DNA from: a virus
Lineage: Duplodnaviria > Caudoviricetes
IMG/VR virus record: IMGVR_UViG_3300043448_000583
Location: 1-57,948 of that record
DNA: 57,948 nt
Direction: 5' to 3' (one strand)
Shown: piece by piece, positions 46,716-56,331 of the stretch
How positions within the stretch are numbered: the stretch's first letter is position 1
Layout: every line of letters starts with the position of its first letter
The notes under the pieces: generated by a model
The model's database searches: none
The model's input: the letters and a program-made list of their open reading frames with translations, nothing else
What the model was told of the DNA's origin: nothing
Translations under genes and position numbers: made by a program

Positions 46716-48356
46716 TTACTCTTTCCTAGTTTTAGCGAAAGTGTCCACTTTTGTTGTATATTTCTTAAAAAATTCAGGGGTCAATAAGAAATCACTGTTA
46801 TCCTCATATCTTCCATCAATGTCCCTATCTGTTTTTTCTGGTTTAAATTCTAATGGATCTAGGTTCTCATGATGAGGCCAAGGTTCCATAATTGGTACAC
46901 GACGCATGATAGTTTCAAATAATGTAGCACCTTCCTGATCTGGTACACTATACGTTTTAAGCACTAAGGGTTTTTCTGCTTCCTGTGCCTGTGTAGCCTG
47001 AGCTGCTCCTGGGCCATTCATATGAATTACGCCACCAGTTTCAATTATAGCTGCTGCTCTAGTTTCATTAGCTCCACCACTGGTTTGGTAGTAATAACCA
47101 CCTATGCTTAAGTCATTGTTACCAGCTACATAATGCTTAAAATTATTAGTATGATAAAAATCCACAGCCCCCATGACCTTGTGTTTATATTCCTGCTCAT
47201 AGGTCATGTCAACTTTTTGTACTACTTTTACTTTATGATTTCCGTCCACCATTAAGATATGATCCTTAATGACCTGTGTGTGCATTTCCTCTAAAACTCT
47301 TATATTAAAATTACGACCAGCCTCAAAATTTATATCTCTATCCGCACGTAGATTAAAATCTTGTTTGGTATGTATGCTGATACTGTCCTCACAGAATACA
47401 TCCATTTTACCATCACTGGTCAATTCTATCCAAGCAGTGCCCCTAGCATTGCCTATATAGATTAGATCTTCGCTGTTGTGTAATAGTATTTGATGACCAG
47501 TACGTGTTCTAATCCGTATAAGCTCGTTATGAGGTATTTTGGCATCACCCTTCTCACCTTCTTCCACACTGGCATAATCTGGTGGGCCTTCACTAGCCTT
47601 AGTTTTTCGTTCAAACTTGTCATCACCATCATCCATGACAAAGCTTGAACCACCTAGTCTACTCACAGGACCTCTAACTATTTCATGTTCTTTTTTACCT
47701 ACTTTGCCTTTGGGCCCATTTTTGTCTATTGGTCCAGGTGTACTAATTCCATATACAGCACTTGGTATATCTCTACGGGCACTACTAGTTGTAATTCCTC
47801 TAATATCATCTAATATTAGACCTTGCGCTTTAAATATTTCTGCGAATGGATGCTGTGGCTTTTTAGTTCTTGTAGTATCTTTTGGTATAGATGTTTGTAA
47901 TTTTTTATTATATTCTCCTACTGGGACACGTTCTTCTATGCCATTTTCAACAAAACTTGTGGCAGCATAACCAGGTGTCATAAAGTTCATACTGAGATCT
48001 GGTACACAGGCTAGCCAATAACCTTTTTTAGGATCTCCATCTATAAAAATTACTATAACAGTGCTACCTACATCTGGAGGGACCATCCAAAATCCATAAC
48101 TTTTTTGTGTGCCATCGTAGACGTTTTCCATACTACAGTATTCAACATCACTTACACCCATAAAAGGACTGGCATATTTTACAATGCGTAATTGACCTTC
48201 TGATTTGTCATCATTACCTGCTTGACGTAGTAGTTCTACTTCAAGACTGCCCATGTACTTGGGATCTAAATGACTGACAACTTTGGCCAGTAAGGGGTAT
48301 GGTTCATTGTTATCCGAATCAATCGGACCCCTAGTAATTTCAGTAGTGCCGCTCAT
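46716..48356 (-). CDS. gp5: Baseplate central spike (gp5/VgrG-like OB-fold plus beta-helix); no lysozyme domain evident
   Basis: DP..MG.L.V, SYGFWMVPPDVG..V.V.F..GD, IRTRTGHQILL, beta-helix repeats, IHMNG. Confidence 0.8.
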   Translation of the reverse strand: MSGTTEITRGPIDSDNNEPYPLLAKVVSHLDPKYMGSLEVELLRQAGNDDKSEGQLRIVKYASPFMGVSDVEYCSMENVYDGTQKSYGFWMVPPDVGSTVIVIFIDGDPKKGYWLACVPDLSMNFMTPGYAATSFVENGIEERVPVGEYNKKLQTSIPKDTTRTKKPQHPFAEIFKAQGLILDDIRGITTSSARRDIPSAVYGISTPGPIDKNGPKGKVGKKEHEIVRGPVSRLGGSSFVMDDGDDKFERKTKASEGPPDYASVEEGEKGDAKIPHNELIRIRTRTGHQILLHNSEDLIYIGNARGTAWIELTSDGKMDVFCEDSISIHTKQDFNLRADRDINFEAGRNFNIRVLEEMHTQVIKDHILMVDGNHKVKVVQKVDMTYEQEYKHKVMGAVDFYHTNNFKHYVAGNNDLSIGGYYYQTSGGANETRAAAIIETGGVIHMNGPGAAQATQAQEAEKPLVLKTYSVPDQEGATLFETIMRRVPIMEPWPHHENLDPLEFKPEKTDRDIDGRYEDNSDFLLTPEFFKKYTTKVDTFAKTRKE

Positions 48357-50698
48357 ATGGGCATCAGTCCATTAGCTAGAGCTTCAGCTTCCTTACCTTC
48401 AAATGGATTTCCCTTACTATCAATATCTTGATTCAACATTCTATACATTAATAAATTTTGAGTAAACATGCCTTTATCAAATACGCTTTCAACTTGTAAT
48501 ACTCTATATAGCCCACTGAATTGAGGGACTATAGGACTTCCAAAATCATAACTACCTTTTTCATGGTTGATATCTACTGGGTTCCTAAATTTCATATTAA
48601 CATAAACTTCACCTTGCTGATAATTAATAGCCAAGTCTGAATTAATTCCTTTTTTATCACTGGCCTGTGCTGTATAATTACCCATGCCACTGTCACCTAT
48701 ATAAAAAGGATCTCCCAATATAGTCATAGCTAATTCGATCATATCACCACCACGGGTAATAGCATTATGGAATTGTCTAGCAGCTAGGGTAGCAGGATCA
48801 TCAGGTGTTGGACCACCTGCGTTAGCTCCCACATTCAACTGATCTGTCATATTTTGAGTTTTTAAATTGTCATCTTCTAATAATGGATTCACAGGCTCTT
48901 GTTCGTTTGTAGGTTGATTATTTTCTTTTTTACTATCAGTGGCCACATCTGCTTGTTGATTTCTTCTTTTTACATCTATATTACTTTTTCCACTATCAGC
49001 ACTTAGACTATTATAAAATCCACTTTTAAAATTAATATTAAAGTTAATAATTTCTATATTATTACCTGTATAAATGTACTCATAATCTTTAATAGCTTGC
49101 TCTTTTAATCTTTTTATTCCCACTGGACTTTGATCAGGAGTTAAAAATCTACTATGATGTACAGGATAAGGTATTACCCTAAACACACGTATAGTAGGAT
49201 ATCTACCAGATACTAGCATATTGCTATCATTTTTAATAATATAAACCTGTGTATCTATACGCCACCAACTAACATAACCGTCATCATCTAAATTTTGTAA
49301 AGCGTTCCTACCATAGTCGCTGCCCAGTAATATTTGATTAATAATTGTAGGTATATCTGTTCCAGATTTAAAACTTGCCTCACCAGAATTAGTCTTGATG
49401 GTCACACTACCTCTGACATAAACTTGTTTCTTCTCGTCCCAAACTAATCCATCTTTAGCAAAACTAGCACGATCTTTTTTACTGGCATTATAGCCTAATG
49501 GTGATCTTCCTAGAGAATTGATATTTGTTTTTTGTTCTAAATTATATCCATCTGGTGCTTTTTCTACATTTAACTGTCTTAAAATATCACCATTGTTACT
49601 TTGATCATTTGGATTTACTGTAGCACCTTTTTCTTTACTGCTGTCATTATCTGAATAATTTCCTTTTAGACTGTCCACATTTATAGGAAATAATATCAAT
49701 ACTTGATCAGCTACTTTTAATTTTTGTTTTTTAGCCTGTTCTTTTAGAGCATTATTAACAATAATCTGTAAACTTTTTGTACCTTTTTGTAACATTTCTT
49801 GTACAGTTGCGCCTTCTATTTGAATATCACTTTTAACTGTACTGAGTTGTTTACTATAAGCAACTTCATTCCAAGGAACTGCTGTACAATCATACTTACT
49901 TCCCTCGGTACTGACCTTCATATCCAGTTCAGTGATCTTCATAGGAAAATGTTTAGTTGCTACTTTTTCAGCACTGACTCCTTGCTTTTGAAAATCCACA
50001 TGACCAAAAAATTCTAAAGTAAGTAACACTGGCATTTCGACCCAATTTTTATATCCATTTTTCTTAGCTGCTACGCTGAGACTTTGAAAAAATAAACCTA
50101 TGCTGTAAGGTTCTACAACACTAAAGCTCAACCCAGTACTGTTGGTATTACCAGTATTTTTTTCTAAACCTATAACACCTGTGATTCTAGCATTTTCAAT
50201 AAAAAAGTCATATTTGCCAGTTGGGTTACTTGGTTTAATGGCATAAGGAGTTAATTCTGGTCTATCATCAGGATTGCCACTGCCGCTTTTTATTATGATG
50301 TCATGTATGACGCCTTTTTTATAGGTCAAGTCTGGAAAATTGAAATCATAAGGACTTAGTACGCTTAACGTCCAAATATAATTGTAACTAGCGTATTCGT
50401 GTAGGGGATTTTTTAAAGGAAAAGTCAAGTTAGGATCTAATTTTTTGACTTCTCTACCTTGAACATTTTCTATATCTTGTAGTGGCCCAGGTGGTGTAGG
50501 AAAATCCAACCCTAGTAAATTAATATCTAACCCTGGAATTTGAGTATTAAATTGGCTACCAAATGCTTTGGCAGCTCCTTTCATTTGATCCATGGTTTGA
50601 TTAAGACTGCCCACAATCTGAGTATTACTCACTGTGTTAATTAAATTTTGTTTAGCTTGATTAAGTGTGGCTTTTAGAGGATTAGGTAATATGGCCAT
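48353..50698 (-). CDS. Putative baseplate hub protein (gp27-like)
   Basis: Lies between the LysM/gp53-like gene and gp5; NPLH.YASYNY, EPYS..FF, I.GDP, FSGLY.V..VES.F..G.FTQ.L. Confidence 0.6.
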   Translation of the reverse strand: MAILPNPLKATLNQAKQNLINTVSNTQIVGSLNQTMDQMKGAAKAFGSQFNTQIPGLDINLLGLDFPTPPGPLQDIENVQGREVKKLDPNLTFPLKNPLHEYASYNYIWTLSVLSPYDFNFPDLTYKKGVIHDIIIKSGSGNPDDRPELTPYAIKPSNPTGKYDFFIENARITGVIGLEKNTGNTNSTGLSFSVVEPYSIGLFFQSLSVAAKKNGYKNWVEMPVLLTLEFFGHVDFQKQGVSAEKVATKHFPMKITELDMKVSTEGSKYDCTAVPWNEVAYSKQLSTVKSDIQIEGATVQEMLQKGTKSLQIIVNNALKEQAKKQKLKVADQVLILFPINVDSLKGNYSDNDSSKEKGATVNPNDQSNNGDILRQLNVEKAPDGYNLEQKTNINSLGRSPLGYNASKKDRASFAKDGLVWDEKKQVYVRGSVTIKTNSGEASFKSGTDIPTIINQILLGSDYGRNALQNLDDDGYVSWWRIDTQVYIIKNDSNMLVSGRYPTIRVFRVIPYPVHHSRFLTPDQSPVGIKRLKEQAIKDYEYIYTGNNIEIINFNINFKSGFYNSLSADSGKSNIDVKRRNQQADVATDSKKENNQPTNEQEPVNPLLEDDNLKTQNMTDQLNVGANAGGPTPDDPATLAARQFHNAITRGGDMIELAMTILGDPFYIGDSGMGNYTAQASDKKGINSDLAINYQQGEVYVNMKFRNPVDINHEKGSYDFGSPIVPQFSGLYRVLQVESVFDKGMFTQNLLMYRMLNQDIDSKGNPFEGKEAEALANGLMPI

Positions 50699-50700
50699 AA

Positions 50701-51003
50701 TTATAATCCAAGTACTTTCATAAGACTACTTTTTTTAGGTATGTAAATTTGTACTCCTGGGACAAAATCAAAAACAGGATCTTCTATAACATCTAAATTT
50801 CTTTGTAAAAATACCCACCATAAATTTTGGCTTCCATATAGATCGTAGGCTAATAAATCTGGTCTATAGGCATATTGACTTTCTATGGTGTATAGAAAAT
50901 CATCATCCTCCGCACTTACAGGTCTTATGGTCAATATGTCCAACTGATCACTAAGAACTCTAGTCAAATACCAAGGACTTAGGTTAGTATAATTCGCAGC
51001 CAT
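50701..51003 (-). CDS. Baseplate wedge protein (gp53-like, LysM-like)
   Basis: Y.YRPDLLAYDLYG...LWWVF..RN...DP.FDF.PG..IYIP. Confidence 0.8.
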   Translation of the reverse strand: MAANYTNLSPWYLTRVLSDQLDILTIRPVSAEDDDFLYTIESQYAYRPDLLAYDLYGSQNLWWVFLQRNLDVIEDPVFDFVPGVQIYIPKKSSLMKVLGL

Positions 51004-51959
51004 CAGATATAACCTTGGTCAACATAGCCACCATTTAGGAACTTTTGTAAGTTGAATTCTCTTACCTTAGTTCTACTATAGACTGGCATTACTGTTATAG
51101 TAATACTGCTTTGAGTAGGCACATGACTTTCGTTGGATTTACTTTTTTTACTAGGACTTAATGCGGCACTTCTTGGTCTACCATTATTAAATTTATCCAC
51201 AGCACCCAATAAAGAAGCTCCTATTCTACCTGCTTGTGTATTGGCAAAAGCATTTTTTACACCTGCCTTGAGCATGGATTCAAAACTTAATTTATTTGTA
51301 GGATTGTTTAAATCCATTTCATTATCATTGTTTTGAATGATGTTTTCCATCAGATTAGTTTTAATATAATCAACTTCTTTAGGCAATGTAATACTAAAAC
51401 TTTTGACAACTACTGGTATGTTTTTAAATACAAAGTCACCGTAGGCATTAAATAACAATATAGGGGGAGGGTTACCAGAATCTGGACTAGAACCTGTAAA
51501 CATTTTGGTAACTGTTCTTAAAAAATGTACAGTAGCCAACCAATATTGAGCTTGAACAGCATCCTCTACAGGAAAATCACCAACAATTTGTATATCGCTA
51601 ACTCTACTATGTTGATAGGTTACAAATTGATAGTTTTGGTGAACTATAGGCTGATCAGTATAATTGGCACTGTGATTGATAGATATCGTAGGAGTGTAGG
51701 GAAATATTAATCCACCAGCATCAATCAATGGCTTTATAGTTGCGGGTTTATCCTGAAAAATTTTCATGGGAGGAATACTAAGTCTAACACGCCAATCCGT
51801 TGGATCATCACCATATGTAGCCGTTGATGGAGCACTGGGTTTTATAGGTTCTCCACCTTTGGGAATATTCATTGATCGAACTTGAGATAAAAGATTTGAT
51901 GCGGCCCCTAATGCGGCCCCAACAGCAGCAGTTTTTAAAGCATTGCCCAATATAGACAT
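51003..51959 (-). CDS. Baseplate tube cap or initiator (gp48/gp54-like tube fold)
   Basis: G.IFPYTP.I, FLRTVTKMF.G, GNPPP...F.AYG..VF.NIPVVV.SF...LP..VDY; late promoter at 51980-51987. Confidence 0.6.
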   Translation of the reverse strand: MSILGNALKTAAVGAALGAASNLLSQVRSMNIPKGGEPIKPSAPSTATYGDDPTDWRVRLSIPPMKIFQDKPATIKPLIDAGGLIFPYTPTISINHSANYTDQPIVHQNYQFVTYQHSRVSDIQIVGDFPVEDAVQAQYWLATVHFLRTVTKMFTGSSPDSGNPPPILLFNAYGDFVFKNIPVVVKSFSITLPKEVDYIKTNLMENIIQNNDNEMDLNNPTNKLSFESMLKAGVKNAFANTQAGRIGASLLGAVDKFNNGRPRSAALSPSKKSKSNESHVPTQSSITITVMPVYSRTKVREFNLQKFLNGGYVDQGYI

Positions 51960-51979
51960 ATTTTTATCCCCTTGGCAAA

Positions 51980-51987
51980 TATTTATT
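51980..51987 (-). promoter_or_regulatory. Late promoter AATAAATA for the baseplate operon
   Basis: 20 nt upstream of ATG 51959, with an AAGGGG SD in between. Confidence 0.65.
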
Positions 51988-52015
51988 TGACTTTTAAATG
52001 TGTGTAGTTTATAAT
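51987..52015 (+). promoter_or_regulatory. Near-consensus sigma70 promoter for the gp55-gp47-gp46 operon
   Basis: TTGACT (51987-51992), 17-bp spacer, TATAAT (52010-52015); AGAGG SD at 52023-52027. Confidence 0.85.
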
Positions 52016-52035
52016 AACTAAGAGAGGATTATTTA

Positions 52036-52857
52036 ATGAGTGTAAATTATCTTAATAACAAAGATTTACTAGAAGAAATTCATAAGAGTAAGAATACTTA
52101 TTCTAGCTATACTAAGCCAGAATATCATCAATACGATATTATTCTTACTGGTTTGGATAAAATTAATATAAGAACTGTGGCTGAAGCCAAGCGTAATCGT
52201 GCCAAAAGATTAGGGGACGAGGAATATCAGCGTAGGAAACAAGCAGGGGAAAAGGTCAAACAAGCCGAATGTGAAGTAGATTATAAAAAAATGATTAAAA
52301 CTGATCTAATTTTTAGAATAATGACCTACGAACATATTCCAGTGAATAAAACACGTAAGAAAAGTCAAAAAACTGAAGCAGATGGGCATGATCGAGTAAA
52401 TTTCCCACCCTTCCAACATTGGAAATTTGATGAAAACGATGAATTAATCTGCGTAGGGAAGAGTCATTGGCGGGGTGGAGTTAAAAGCGGTAAGTTCAGT
52501 AAAGATCATGGACAAATAACTAACACACTGGCCCGTATGTATATCAAATTATGCGAACGATATGCTACCCGTGGTAATGTGCGTGGCTATACCTATAACG
52601 ATGAAATGCGAGCACAGGCTATACTACAACTCACACAGGTTGGACTACAATTTAATGAAGCTAAATCGAACAACCCATTTGCTTATTTTACTGCTGCTGT
52701 TACTAACAGTTTTGTACGGATAATCAATATTGAAAAACGTAATCAAAATATTAGGGATGATATATTAGAAATGAACGATATGGCACCAAGTTATACTAGA
52801 ACTAGCAATGCTGAACACACAGCCAGCTTGAAAAGGTATGAGAGAGAAGAGGAATGA
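52036..52857 (+). CDS. gp55: Late-transcription sigma factor (T4 gp55-like)
   Basis: NYLNNKDLL, N.RGYTY.DEM, F...KS.NPFAYFT....NSF.R....EK; gp55-gp47-gp46 synteny. Confidence 0.9.
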   Translation: MSVNYLNNKDLLEEIHKSKNTYSSYTKPEYHQYDIILTGLDKINIRTVAEAKRNRAKRLGDEEYQRRKQAGEKVKQAECEVDYKKMIKTDLIFRIMTYEHIPVNKTRKKSQKTEADGHDRVNFPPFQHWKFDENDELICVGKSHWRGGVKSGKFSKDHGQITNTLARMYIKLCERYATRGNVRGYTYNDEMRAQAILQLTQVGLQFNEAKSNNPFAYFTAAVTNSFVRIINIEKRNQNIRDDILEMNDMAPSYTRTSNAEHTASLKRYEREEE

Positions 52858-53864
52858 GTTTATTTAAAAAGGCAGCATTTTTTACAGACATACACTTTGG
52901 TCTAAAATCTAATAGTCAGACACACAATCAAGACTGTGAAGATTTTGTAGATTGGTTTATTGCTACTGCCAAAAAGAATGGATGTGACACTGGATTCTTT
53001 TTAGGCGATTGGCACCATAATCGCAATAGCCTTAATATTGTTACTATGGATTATAGTCTTAGAGCTTTGGAAAAACTGGGCAAAGCATTTGACCAGTTCT
53101 TTTTCTTTCCTGGTAATCATGACTTGTATTACAAAGACAAGCGAGATATTCATAGCGTAGAGTTTGGCAAATATATCCCAGGCATCACTGTCGTACATCA
53201 ACCCATGACATTAGGTGAAGTTACTATGTGTCCTTGGCTAGTAGGTGAAGAGTGGAAAACTGTAGGACGTAAGGATGCTCGCTATATTTTTGGTCATTTT
53301 GAACTGCCCAGTTTTTATATGAATGCCATGGTACAGATGCCTGATCATGGCGAGATACAACTTGATCAGTTTAAAAAGTATGAACTTGGCCTAAGTGGGC
53401 ATTTTCATAAACGCCAAAATAAACAGAACATGCACTATATTGGTAATGCCTTTCCACATAACTACGCAGATGCTTGGGATGATGACAGAGGTATGATGAT
53501 CCTAGAGTGGGGAGGTGAACCAGAATATCACGCTTGGCCTGATCAACCTACATTCAGAACTGTCAAATTGACTCAACTTATAGATGAACAAGAACGTATA
53601 ATAAAACCTAAACAACACCTCAGAGTATTATTAGATGTAGATATCAGTTATGAAGAAAGTGGTCATATTAAAGAAGAATTTTTTAACAAATACGAGATTA
53701 GGGAGTTAACTTTGATACCTGAAAAACGTGAAGTTGAATTTAGCAGTGATTTAGAAATTAAACATTTTGAAAGTGTAGATCAAATTGTGATGAATCAACT
53801 GACCAGTGTAGAGAGTGATACTTACAATGTTAAACTATTAATGGACATTTATAATAATTTATGA
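52854..53864 (+). CDS. gp47: Recombination nuclease subunit (T4 gp47 / Mre11 / SbcD)
   Basis: Metallophosphoesterase motifs TDIHFG, LGDWHH, GNHD, GHFE and SGHFH. Confidence 0.95.
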   Translation: MSLFKKAAFFTDIHFGLKSNSQTHNQDCEDFVDWFIATAKKNGCDTGFFLGDWHHNRNSLNIVTMDYSLRALEKLGKAFDQFFFFPGNHDLYYKDKRDIHSVEFGKYIPGITVVHQPMTLGEVTMCPWLVGEEWKTVGRKDARYIFGHFELPSFYMNAMVQMPDHGEIQLDQFKKYELGLSGHFHKRQNKQNMHYIGNAFPHNYADAWDDDRGMMILEWGGEPEYHAWPDQPTFRTVKLTQLIDEQERIIKPKQHLRVLLDVDISYEESGHIKEEFFNKYEIRELTLIPEKREVEFSSDLEIKHFESVDQIVMNQLTSVESDTYNVKLLMDIYNNL

Positions 53865-55633
53865 TTAAGATACAGGATCTTAGTGTTAAGAATTTTATGA
53901 GCGTGGGTAATCAAACCCAAGCCGTCGACTTCGGCCGAGAGCAATTAACTTTAGTATTAGGCGAAAATTTAGATCAAGGAGGTGATGATTCAGGAAGCCG
54001 CAACGGCACCGGGAAAACCACAATCGTCAATGCTCTAAGTTATGCGCTCTACGGCCAAGCATTAACCAACATAAAGAAGGATAACCTTGTTAACAAGACC
54101 AATGGTAAGGCCATGTTAGTCAAGTTAAATTTTGAAAAGAATGGTGTTGAATATCGTATTGAACGTGGACGTAGGCCCAATGTGTTTAAGTTTTTTGTCA
54201 ATGGCTTAGAACAGGAAGTCATTGATGAAAGTCAGGGTGATGTAAGAGAAACACAGAAAGACTTAGATGAACTATTAGGTATGAGCCATGATATGTTTAA
54301 ACATATTGTGGCATTGAACACATACACAGAGCCATTTCTAAGCATGAGGGCTGCGGATCAACGTATGATTATTGAGCAGTTATTGGGTATTACCTTGCTC
54401 AGTGATAAAAGTGAAAGCTTAAAAAATCAAATAAAAGAAACTAAGGATAAAATAGTACAGGAATCTTCTACAATTGAAGCAGTCAAACGCAGTAATGAGC
54501 GTATTGAACAAAGCATAAACAGTTTATATTCTAAACAACGTGCTTGGCTCAGTCAGCAGGAACAAGATTTAGAAAAGATTGCTAACAGTATTTTAGAACT
54601 ACAGAGTATTGACATTGAACAGGAATTAGGACAACATAACAAATTAAAAAGTTATCTTGAACTAAGTGCTCGTATCAACAGTCTTAATAAAGAAAAGGCT
54701 ACATTAGAGACTGCTGTTAGTCAAGCTGAACGTAATGTTAAAAATTATACTCTTGAATTAAAAAAGTTAAAAAACAATAAATGTTCTAAATGTGATCAAA
54801 ACTTGCCAGGGCATATGCACGATGAACTAATAGCCGAAGCTGAAAATAATTTAGATGAAGCACAAACTTATCTTAACAATGTGGATTTTAAATTGATTAA
54901 TGTAGTAGCAGAATTAGATGAGATTGGTGATATAAATGGTAGACCTCAAACATTTTATGATACTGTAGAAGAAGCATTGAAGCATCAAAATAATCTTGCT
55001 ACATTAGAAAAAACATTATTGAATCGTAGTGAAGAAGTAGATCCTTATCAAGAACAGATAGATGAATTACGTAATACTGCCATACAGGAAATCAGTTGGG
55101 ATAATGTTAATGAACTTAATAAACTAAAAGAACATCAAGAATTTTTACTCAAGTTATTGACCAGTAAGGATAGTTTTATTCGTAAAAAGATTATTGATCA
55201 GAATTTGGCCTACTTGAATAATAGACTAAGTTATTATTTGGATCGTATGGGATTACCTCATCAAGTCAGTTTCTTAAATGATCTCAATGTAGAAATTACA
55301 CAGTTGGGTCAGGACTTGGACTTTGACAACTTAAGTAGAGGTGAACGTAATAGATTAATTTTAGGATTAAGTTGGGCATTTAGAGATGTATGGGAAAGTT
55401 TATACCAAAATATTAATCTATTGTTTATTGATGAACTTATTGACAATGGCTTGGATGCTAGTGGGGTAGAAAGTGCTCTTGCTGTATTAAAGAAAATGGC
55501 CAGAGAGCGTAATAAGAATATCTATTTGATCAGTCATAAGGATGAATTAGTTGGTCGTGTAAACAACGTATTAAAAGTTATTAAGGAAAATGGTTATACC
55601 AGTTATGCTAACGACTTGGAGATCTTGGGGTGA
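53861..55633 (+). CDS. gp46: Recombination ATPase subunit (T4 gp46 / Rad50 / SbcC)
   Basis: KNFMSVGN, Walker A NGTGKTT, coiled coil with CSKC zinc hook, signature LSRGE, Walker B LLFIDE, ISH. Confidence 0.96.
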   Translation: MIKIQDLSVKNFMSVGNQTQAVDFGREQLTLVLGENLDQGGDDSGSRNGTGKTTIVNALSYALYGQALTNIKKDNLVNKTNGKAMLVKLNFEKNGVEYRIERGRRPNVFKFFVNGLEQEVIDESQGDVRETQKDLDELLGMSHDMFKHIVALNTYTEPFLSMRAADQRMIIEQLLGITLLSDKSESLKNQIKETKDKIVQESSTIEAVKRSNERIEQSINSLYSKQRAWLSQQEQDLEKIANSILELQSIDIEQELGQHNKLKSYLELSARINSLNKEKATLETAVSQAERNVKNYTLELKKLKNNKCSKCDQNLPGHMHDELIAEAENNLDEAQTYLNNVDFKLINVVAELDEIGDINGRPQTFYDTVEEALKHQNNLATLEKTLLNRSEEVDPYQEQIDELRNTAIQEISWDNVNELNKLKEHQEFLLKLLTSKDSFIRKKIIDQNLAYLNNRLSYYLDRMGLPHQVSFLNDLNVEITQLGQDLDFDNLSRGERNRLILGLSWAFRDVWESLYQNINLLFIDELIDNGLDASGVESALAVLKKMARERNKNIYLISHKDELVGRVNNVLKVIKENGYTSYANDLEILG

Positions 55634-55890
55634 AACCTCCACGTGATGAAGAACTCCATGATCGTTTAATGGATGCATTTAGGCGATATTTTAAGGCAAA
55701 TCAAGAATGGGTTGAGAAAGGCACACGTAGGGCAGGATTAAAAACTAGAAAATTACTCAGTGAAATTAGGCATATTGCTATAGAACGTCGTGAAGTAATC
55801 ATGCAATGGCGTTATGAAATAGACAGAGAAAAGGCAGAACGTAAGGCACTTCAAAAGGCAAAGAAGAAAAAGGTTGATGACAATATATAA
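55630..55890 (+). CDS. Small basic protein resembling the histone H1-like Hc1 family
   Basis: 86 aa; EKGTRRAGLKTRKLLSEI resembles the Hc1 G-N-K-A-A-G-x-R-A-R-K pattern; Lys-rich tail; GTGA overlap with gp46. Confidence 0.5.
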   Translation: MKPPRDEELHDRLMDAFRRYFKANQEWVEKGTRRAGLKTRKLLSEIRHIAIERREVIMQWRYEIDREKAERKALQKAKKKKVDDNI

Positions 55891-55893
55891 TTG

Positions 55894-56331
55894 ATGTCAT
55901 GGACTTATCAAGGCCAATTAGTTACAGAAATTCCAGAAGAGTATATAGGCTTCGTTTATCTTATTACGAATACACAGTCAGGCCGTATGTATATAGGCAA
56001 AAAGTTGGCACAGTTTGCAAAAACAAGTTACAAAATAGTAAAACTAAAAAATGGCACTAAAAAACGTAAACGAGTCAGAGGCAAAGTAGCAAGTGATTGG
56101 CAAGATTATTATGGCAGCAATGATGAACTCAAGGCAGATGTACAGAGATTAGGCACTGAAAATTTCACAAGAGAAATATTATATTATTGTACTAGCAAAT
56201 CAGAATGTAGTTATGTTGAGGCAAGAGAACAATTTTCAAGGCGTGTATTAGAATCAGACGATTATTATAACGGGCACATTCAGGTCAGAGTTCACGGCAA
56301 ACATATCAAAGGCAAAATTTTACACGGTTAA
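55894..56331 (+). CDS. Stand-alone GIY-YIG endonuclease with a basic insertion
   Basis: GFVYLITN...YIGKK, YYGS, F.REIL, catalytic E in YVE, YYN. KLKNGTKKRKRVRGK insert; no C-terminal NUMOD/HTH domain. ATG at 55894 (TTG 55891 is the alternative). Confidence 0.88.
   Translation: MSWTYQGQLVTEIPEEYIGFVYLITNTQSGRMYIGKKLAQFAKTSYKIVKLKNGTKKRKRVRGKVASDWQDYYGSNDELKADVQRLGTENFTREILYYCTSKSECSYVEAREQFSRRVLESDDYYNGHIQVRVHGKHIKGKILHG

Noticed and set aside
55894-56331. Mobile homing endonuclease (Seg or I-TevI type)
   Set aside because: It is too short, has no NUMOD/zinc-finger/HTH DNA-binding domain, and is tightly integrated in the operon without interrupting a gene.
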